Positions 58,643 to 64,000 of a stretch of DNA of 64,000 nucleotides are shown here, in pieces (within the stretch, counting starts at the first letter, position 1; the number at the start of each line of letters is the position of its first letter). This stretch comes from an uncultured Desulfatitalea sp. (GTDB lineage Bacteria; Desulfobacterota; Desulfobacteria; Desulfobacterales; Desulfosarcinaceae), in the NCBI GenBank assembly GCA_963668675.2, contig CAXXMB010000001.1, forward strand, positions 992,001 to 1,056,000, written 5' to 3'. The position numbers and the translations under genes are program-made. Under the pieces are notes generated by a model. The model did no database searches and was not told the origin of the DNA. It saw nothing but the letters and a program-made list of their open reading frames with translations.

Positions 58643-60823
58643 TTACTGGGTTGCCCGCTCGCCGGTGGCAAGCCACAGCTCGTAGCGTTTCATCCAGGCA
58701 AGGTCGGCATCTGATAGATCGATACCGCAGCGAAGGTCTTGCTCGAGCTGCTCGTACTTTTCCTGGGCTGTGGCCGGAAGCGGCCGGTTATCGTTTTTGA
58801 CCGTGGCCATATCGATCAGTTCGGCGGCGGCCTGCTCTTCTTCTGTGGTGATGTCGATGGGCACCGGGCCCAGCTGACTTTTGCGAATATCGTCCACGGC
58901 CCGGGCGGCCTCTTGCATGGCGAAGGTTTCGTAAGGCTCGCTGGGAGATGGGAAGCGGTGCACGTTGGCCCGCTTTTGTTCCCTGAAAGACAGGATCTCC
59001 TTGCCGATCTCATCGACGGCGGCTTCTTTGGCGATGCGTTTAAGCTCCCGCCTTCCTTCTCGCATCACCCGGTCCTGGATGGCCCGGGCCCTTGAGGCGA
59101 TCTCGGCCCGGTCGTGTCCGGTCCTGAAGGGATCCACTGCTCGGCATAAGAATTCCTTGGATCCGTCCGGTTGGATCAAAAAGACGTAGATGGTGCCGTA
59201 GTCGATGGGGTCGAGCAAAACAAAGACAGTCTTTCCCACATGTGGGCCGAGCTCTGCGGCGATGAAGGTGCCGTTTTGGACGTGGATGCCGTCTTTTCCC
59301 ACCACGCGGGTGCCGTTTCTGTCCGGGGCGGGCGACAGCAGGATGTCTAATGCCCGCTCGTCGGTGATGCGCCGGACCGGCTGGGTCCAGCCTCTTACCA
59401 TCTGGTCCGGGGTCTTGCCGTTAAGCCCACCGTGGGTGTTGTGGTGGTAGACGGCATCGCACCAGCGATCGCAGATCTGTTGGAACTGCTCAGAGTTCAT
59501 TTTGATCTCAACGGGCTCTTCGCCTTGTTTCATGATGCGCTGGGCAAAACTTTGGCGATCCTGGATCTGTTTTCGTTCGGCAACGCTATGGCCGATGTAG
59601 CCGGGCAGAAGCTCGACGATGCCGTGGAGAACTGTCCAGAAGAAGCGTTCGATGTGGGGCTTGTCCTCTGGGTGAAATGGCCGGCAGAGCATCTGGTCGA
59701 TTTCTAAAGATTCGAAGACGCGTACCATGTGACTAGAGACGTAATCGGATCCGTTATCGGTTTTGGCGGTTTCTGGTACACCCCAGTCTAAAATCGCCCG
59801 GCGGGTGAGCGCTGCGATGGCTTCTGATTTTGAGGTGGGGGTGACGTGAAGCTTTGCCCTTCGGCTGTATACATCGACGACGCCGATCAGGTTATAGCGG
59901 CCATCGGTGAGCAGGATATCGCCCGGGGTGGAGTCGAACTCCCAGATCTGGTTTAATCGAGTTACCGGTTCGTCGGCTTTGCCCAGGGCGATCATGTGGT
60001 TGCTGCGCCACTGGTCAAAGCTTGTGGTGTAAAGGATCAGGCTTTGGTTGTCGGTGCGCCACTTTTTAACGAAGCGTCTGACGGCGGACTTGCTGGGGAT
60101 CTCTTGGCCAGCAAAGCGGGCCTCTACGGCCTGGTGCACGGTGGGGATCCCCAGGTGGGGCCGTTCGGTCAAAAGTCCCCTTATAAAATCTTGCATGTGT
60201 TTGGCGATGGAGGTGGTGCGGGTGGCTTCATACTGGCCGGCAAGGCCTGCCAGGCCGCACTCGGTAAAGGCTCTTTCCCAGCGGTATAAGCTTGCCCAGG
60301 AGAGGGATATTATGCCGTTTCTGGTGCCGACCGCCTGTTCGATCCATTTGGGGAGTTTGATGGCGCCGGCTTTGTATTCTCGGATGAAGATGATGGTGCC
60401 CTTTTTCTTGGGAAGGTTGGCGGCCTGTATGAACGCATCGCGTGCCCTTAGGATCTCAAGGCGCGCTTTGGCTTCTGTTTTTCTGGAGTCGGGGAGTTTT
60501 TCGTAGGCGGCAAGGCCGGCCTCTTTGGCCTGGCGGCGAGATTGTTTGGCGGCGGCAAGTTCTGCGGTGAGCTCTTTTGCCCGGGTGTACCCCGATTGCG
60601 CCGCGGTGCCGGCAAAGGTGGGTTTGATCCGCGCTGCCAGGGTAGCCCTAATCTCTTCGGGAAGTCCTGAGACCATATACAGATAGGTGTTGCCGCCCTG
60701 GACGCTTTTGACCACCCTTGGCCACCCTGCCCTTCTGGCCCTTTTTTGCACGGCCCGTTCGCTGACGTTTAGGACCATGGCCAGCTGCCGTGATGAGATC
60801 TGTCCGGGTAGTGTCGCTTGCAT
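58643..60823 (-). CDS. MuA-like DDE transposase
   Basis: N-terminal Mu DNA-binding domain (YMVSGLPEE), WEFDST, TDNGSDY, KPHIERFF (DDE triad). Confidence 0.93.
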   Translation of the reverse strand: MQATLPGQISSRQLAMVLNVSERAVQKRARRAGWPRVVKSVQGGNTYLYMVSGLPEEIRATLAARIKPTFAGTAAQSGYTRAKELTAELAAAKQSRRQAKEAGLAAYEKLPDSRKTEAKARLEILRARDAFIQAANLPKKKGTIIFIREYKAGAIKLPKWIEQAVGTRNGIISLSWASLYRWERAFTECGLAGLAGQYEATRTTSIAKHMQDFIRGLLTERPHLGIPTVHQAVEARFAGQEIPSKSAVRRFVKKWRTDNQSLILYTTSFDQWRSNHMIALGKADEPVTRLNQIWEFDSTPGDILLTDGRYNLIGVVDVYSRRAKLHVTPTSKSEAIAALTRRAILDWGVPETAKTDNGSDYVSSHMVRVFESLEIDQMLCRPFHPEDKPHIERFFWTVLHGIVELLPGYIGHSVAERKQIQDRQSFAQRIMKQGEEPVEIKMNSEQFQQICDRWCDAVYHHNTHGGLNGKTPDQMVRGWTQPVRRITDERALDILLSPAPDRNGTRVVGKDGIHVQNGTFIAAELGPHVGKTVFVLLDPIDYGTIYVFLIQPDGSKEFLCRAVDPFRTGHDRAEIASRARAIQDRVMREGRRELKRIAKEAAVDEIGKEILSFREQKRANVHRFPSPSEPYETFAMQEAARAVDDIRKSQLGPVPIDITTEEEQAAAELIDMATVKNDNRPLPATAQEKYEQLEQDLRCGIDLSDADLAWMKRYELWLATGERATQ

Positions 60824-60830
60824 GGGGCTC

Positions 60831-61589
60831 CTACAGCTCTGCCTCGAGGGCTTCCAGGACGATGTGTACGTGGCGTATCACTTCGTTTCTGTCGGTGTTT
60901 TTGTATTCGTTGGCGCGTTCGATGTTGATGGCGTCCAAAAAGTCGTTGAAGGCTTTTCTGAACTCTTCGCTGATCTTCGGGGCCTGGTTGGTTTTCTTCT
61001 TGGTTTTTTGGACGGTTTCGCGGACTTTTTCTAATTGTAGGCGACGGGCGGTTTTTTTAATGTGGGAGGCTGTAATCTTTCCCTTTGGGGCAGTATTAAA
61101 AGCCTCGATTGCTATTTTCTCAATATTTTCTGGATGTTTTTTAAATTTTATGAACGCTCGGGCTTGGCTTTCATTCTGAGGAATCCATTCAATATGTCCG
61201 CAATTGCGGACAATATCGACTACGTCAGCAGCGTCGATAAACTGATAAGCGGTGCTTCGAGCCATTTCCCAAATGTCTTTACAGTAGTCCGCAAAAGAAC
61301 GATGGGTTGTGCGGTAAAGGAGCTTCTCTCGGATCTCACGCATTGCATAGCCAACAGCGAGAAATGCCCCCATGTTATTCTTGATCACCCCTTCCAGTTC
61401 ATCCCGACGCTTTGTTTCTGCTTTGGATAAAGGCTTTGCGAAATCAGGCGGGACATCTTCCAGACTGCTGTCGTACACCACAGTAACGGATCCTCCTCCA
61501 GCCGGCTCCTCGAGGGCCTCGGGTACTTCATCGACTACTTCAGGCTCCACTGCTGTTTTTTTGAAAAGGCTTAAATTTCGTTTTGCCAT
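60831..61589 (-). CDS. Phage early protein (DUF3102-like)
   Basis: FLAVGYAMREIREKLLYR...SFADYC...RSTAYQFI. Confidence 0.65.
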   Translation of the reverse strand: MAKRNLSLFKKTAVEPEVVDEVPEALEEPAGGGSVTVVYDSSLEDVPPDFAKPLSKAETKRRDELEGVIKNNMGAFLAVGYAMREIREKLLYRTTHRSFADYCKDIWEMARSTAYQFIDAADVVDIVRNCGHIEWIPQNESQARAFIKFKKHPENIEKIAIEAFNTAPKGKITASHIKKTARRLQLEKVRETVQKTKKKTNQAPKISEEFRKAFNDFLDAINIERANEYKNTDRNEVIRHVHIVLEALEAEL

Positions 61590-61641
61590 CGTCTTATCCT
61601 TTATAATTGGTTAAATGAGCAGGCCTCGATGGCCCTTGTGG

Positions 61642-62145
61642 TCATTTTCTCTTTTTTCTCTTTCTTTCCATTTCCCCGAGAAGCATTTCTCGCTTGCGCT
61701 TCTCCGCCCGGGCCCGGCGCTCTTGTTCTGAATATTTCTGAATTTCGGCGCGCAGGGCATCCGGACCAGGCAGTCCGAATATGCCAGCCGGCTCGTTCAA
61801 TACTTCTATGGGTTCGGTGGTACTGGTGACGTTGCAAAATGCCGGGAGGACGTCTGCTGGTGGCCGGTTGTTCGGTTTGGATTCTGCGGTCCAGCTGTCG
61901 ATCATCATCTTGGTGATCTGGCGGCCGACCAGATGGCTCATCTCTCCGGCGATCTGAAAACGATCCTTGCTGCTGGATCGGATCGCCTGGACCATTGAGA
62001 CGCGGAGTTTTTCTGAGATGTTGAAGGAGCCTTCGGTGGATTTGGATCTCGCAGCGACCAGTTCTTTTTGGATCCTTTGGATCTCATCGAACAGGTTAAG
62101 CTGCTGAGGTCCTGAATTGTCTAATCTTTTCCGTTTTTTAGACAT
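61642..62145 (-). CDS. Phage early regulatory-like protein
   Basis: IAGEMSHLVGRQITKMMIDSWTAESK...PAFC; between ner and MuA. Confidence 0.7.
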   Translation of the reverse strand: MSKKRKRLDNSGPQQLNLFDEIQRIQKELVAARSKSTEGSFNISEKLRVSMVQAIRSSSKDRFQIAGEMSHLVGRQITKMMIDSWTAESKPNNRPPADVLPAFCNVTSTTEPIEVLNEPAGIFGLPGPDALRAEIQKYSEQERRARAEKRKREMLLGEMERKRKKRK

Positions 62146-62176
62146 TGACTCACTATAGGCTTATTGATAAGTCTAT

Positions 62177-62428
62177 CTAAGTGACCCTGCCGGGTCGGCT
62201 GGGTCGCGTCTGTCCGAAATACCAACTAAAAACCGTGCGGTGATCCAACCCGATCCGATTGGCCACCGCTTGCATCAGTCGTTTAGAAACCAGCTTGTGA
62301 TTGATGACATCGGAGATTGACATCTCGCTTACGCCCTCTTCCTCGGCGATCTGTTTTTGCGTGATGCCACGCTCCTTTAAAAGGTACTGGATCTTGGCAG
62401 GGGTATAGACAGTTTGGCACTTGGGCAT
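62177..62428 (-). CDS. Ner-like HTH regulator
   Basis: LKERGITQKQIAEEEGVS..SIS; divergent from the repressor. Confidence 0.8.
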   Translation of the reverse strand: MPKCQTVYTPAKIQYLLKERGITQKQIAEEEGVSEMSISDVINHKLVSKRLMQAVANRIGLDHRTVFSWYFGQTRPSRPGRVT

Positions 62429-62528
62429 TTGGCTGATTCCTTATTAGTGCGTTGTCTATTTTTTTTGAGTCTATAGATAAGGCTTATATCCACGTATTCG
62501 TTTACTTGTCAACGCCTAAATACACTTT

Positions 62529-63056
62529 ATGGTGAATTTTAAAAAAATTATAGGGCGTATCAAAGAATGTTCTGGGCTTACTCAGAAAGAAATGGCCTCT
62601 GAAATATTTGGTATTTCAGATAAAAATCTCTCTAATAAAATCAAAAGAGGAAGTATTGACCTGGGTGCATTGATCCAATGGGCAGGTAACGAAAACGTAG
62701 ATTTAAATTGGCTTTTAACAGGAAAAGGGACTCCCACCCTCGAGAACACTGAAGGTTTGAACGAACCGGGAGACTCAGATTTAATTAATAGTTTCAGCGA
62801 CAAAGAATACGCCAGAGATCTCAATCTCTATCTGGTGCAACTTGAAAAACATTACCCAGAAACGTTTAGAGAAATTGCCGGATTTATAAAAGGACTGCTA
62901 CACCGCTCTGGATTGCCTTTTAAACCTCCAACTGGCCCGCCTGATTACACTGGCTTAAAACGCCGTGTCGCTGAACGCAGGGTCAAGGATGACCCCAGCA
63001 AGATTCCAGGTGGAAAGGATCGTCGCTCGGGAAAAGACCGAAGGGCCGGTGCGTAA
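62529..63056 (+). CDS. Phage repressor (CI-like HTH, no S24 peptidase domain)
   Basis: TQKEMA...RGSI, VDLNWLLTGKG; C-terminal ERR/DRR repeats. Confidence 0.85.
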   Translation: MVNFKKIIGRIKECSGLTQKEMASEIFGISDKNLSNKIKRGSIDLGALIQWAGNENVDLNWLLTGKGTPTLENTEGLNEPGDSDLINSFSDKEYARDLNLYLVQLEKHYPETFREIAGFIKGLLHRSGLPFKPPTGPPDYTGLKRRVAERRVKDDPSKIPGGKDRRSGKDRRAGA

Positions 63057-63721
63057 AGGTAGGTCCGGCCCTTTTTACATGCCCTCGAATTCCATCAAAT
63101 TGCAGCACTCGTTGTGTGTCAGTTTGTATCCGTGGCAATGTAGTTTGTTTCTTGAAAAACCGATGCGGTTGTCATACATTTAAGATCAATAGCCTACCGT
63201 TTGAAATTTAATTTACTGGGTCCCACTGATGCACCAATGGAAGCGCAAAAATCTTTTCCATTAAAATTCAAGAAGATGTCAACGCTCTTGGTTGGTGAAT
63301 GGTAGCGTATATCTAAGAGAGTTTTTAAAGTATCGCAATTTAGTCAGAGTTTAAGATATAGATATTCATCTTGACAATATTTGATTAATGATGAGCCAAC
63401 TTTAACATGAAAGCACATTCGATCAGTCCATGAGATGTCCTGAGATTCGTGTTGTGACTTAACGATGACAGACGATCATCATTTCATAAGGTCTCCCCTC
63501 TACCACATCATCTCATTCCTGATAGCCAGCTTATAATCTTACAATCTAAGAGAAATATTTTGCTTTTTATTCTAAAAATTTTTATAAATTCAGAACCTTT
63601 ATCAAATTTATAAAAAGAAATCAAAATTCGTTGTATATCCTTACGTAGGTTATATTCTTTCCATTTAATATAGTACTTCATTGATTCTTACCAAAATCAT
63701 TTTTGAAGGAGGTGAAGATGA

Positions 63722-64000
63722 ATGAATTACTTAAATTACCAGCGATATCTGCATAAATTCAGACAAGTCATAATATTATCATTCCTATTACTATCTATTT
63801 TCTTTAAAGCTTCATTGGCAATTGCTGCCCAGGAGCCCAAATTTTTATTACAAAATGGACACTCATCCAGCGTCTATTCAGTCAGTTTCAGTCCCGATGG
63901 AAAACGCCTTGCCTCGGCAAGTTGGGATTCAACCGTAAAAATCTGGGACAGCCAATCCGGCCAGCTGATACGTACCCTTACCGGACACTCATCCAGCGTA
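63722..64000 (+). CDS. Secreted WD40-repeat protein (runs out of window)
   Basis: Own translation: signal peptide, then [31 protein letters not shown]...TLTGHSSSV; not in the ORF track. Confidence 0.85.
   Translation, partial: MNYLNYQRYLHKFRQVIILSFLLLSIFFKASLAIAAQEPKFLLQNGHSSSVYSVSFSPDGKRLASASWDSTVKIWDSQSGQLIRTLTGHSSSV

Larger units (their letters stand above)
24886..64000 (-). mobile_element. Mu-like transposable prophage (other end not found in window)
   Basis: MuA, MuB, Gam, GemA, Ner, repressor, terminase, head, contractile tail and lysis genes; TG-starting end with repeats at 24886 (boundary less certain than the prophage call). Confidence 0.88.

Noticed and set aside
57353..60823. Transposase plus ATPase as an IS21, Tn7 or CAST element
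   Set aside because: Embedded among ner, gam, gemA and virion genes; no tniQ or cas genes
32000..62000. Numerous plus-strand ORFs across the phage operons, other than 52321-54567
   Set aside because: Antisense shadows of GC-rich minus-strand genes, without motifs
62147..62159. GACTCACTATAGG, a 13-nt match to the T7 promoter core
   Set aside because: Single copy, overlapping the RBS region of the minus-strand gene starting at 62145 and lacking the upstream TAATAC; likely chance
63538..63548. CTTACA as the right prophage end
   Set aside because: Followed by ATCTA rather than ATTCA, with no inverted GGTTTGAAAC repeats nearby

Overview
This window has three parts. The gene content suggests a deltaproteobacterial (Desulfobacterales-like) chromosome; that host assignment is inference. 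(1) 1-12.2 kb is host DNA: sigma54-linked signalling and flagellar-associated genes, ihfA, tRNA-Pro(CGG), purA, tadA and tRNA-Arg(ACG). (2) 12159-24689 is a ~12.4-kb element bounded by a 91-bp direct repeat that contains a complete tRNA-Arg. It encodes a tyrosine integrase, a serine resolvase, HU, an SF2-type helicase followed by a 7-mer repeat array, a HEPN-motif protein and several unknown proteins, but no recognisable virion or conjugation genes. Its non-coding DNA has motifs resembling the genome-end/packaging signal and RNA polymerase promoters of T7-like podoviruses, so it may be an undescribed phage satellite (hypothesis, based on recalled motifs). (3) From about 24886 to beyond 64000 is a Mu-like transposable prophage with a TG end and transposase-binding repeats, MuA, MuB, Gam, GemA, Ner, a repressor and Mu-type terminase. 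Its head and contractile-tail module is non-Mu (DUF1073/2213/2184/3383-type) and has a programmed -1 frameshift. It carries a Dam-like methylase and AT-rich cargo: a Doc/Fic protein, Vsr, a GHKL-PD-(D/E)XK restriction system with a C5 methylase, secreted morons and a WD40 protein. All family calls come from motif recognition and gene order; no searches were run.
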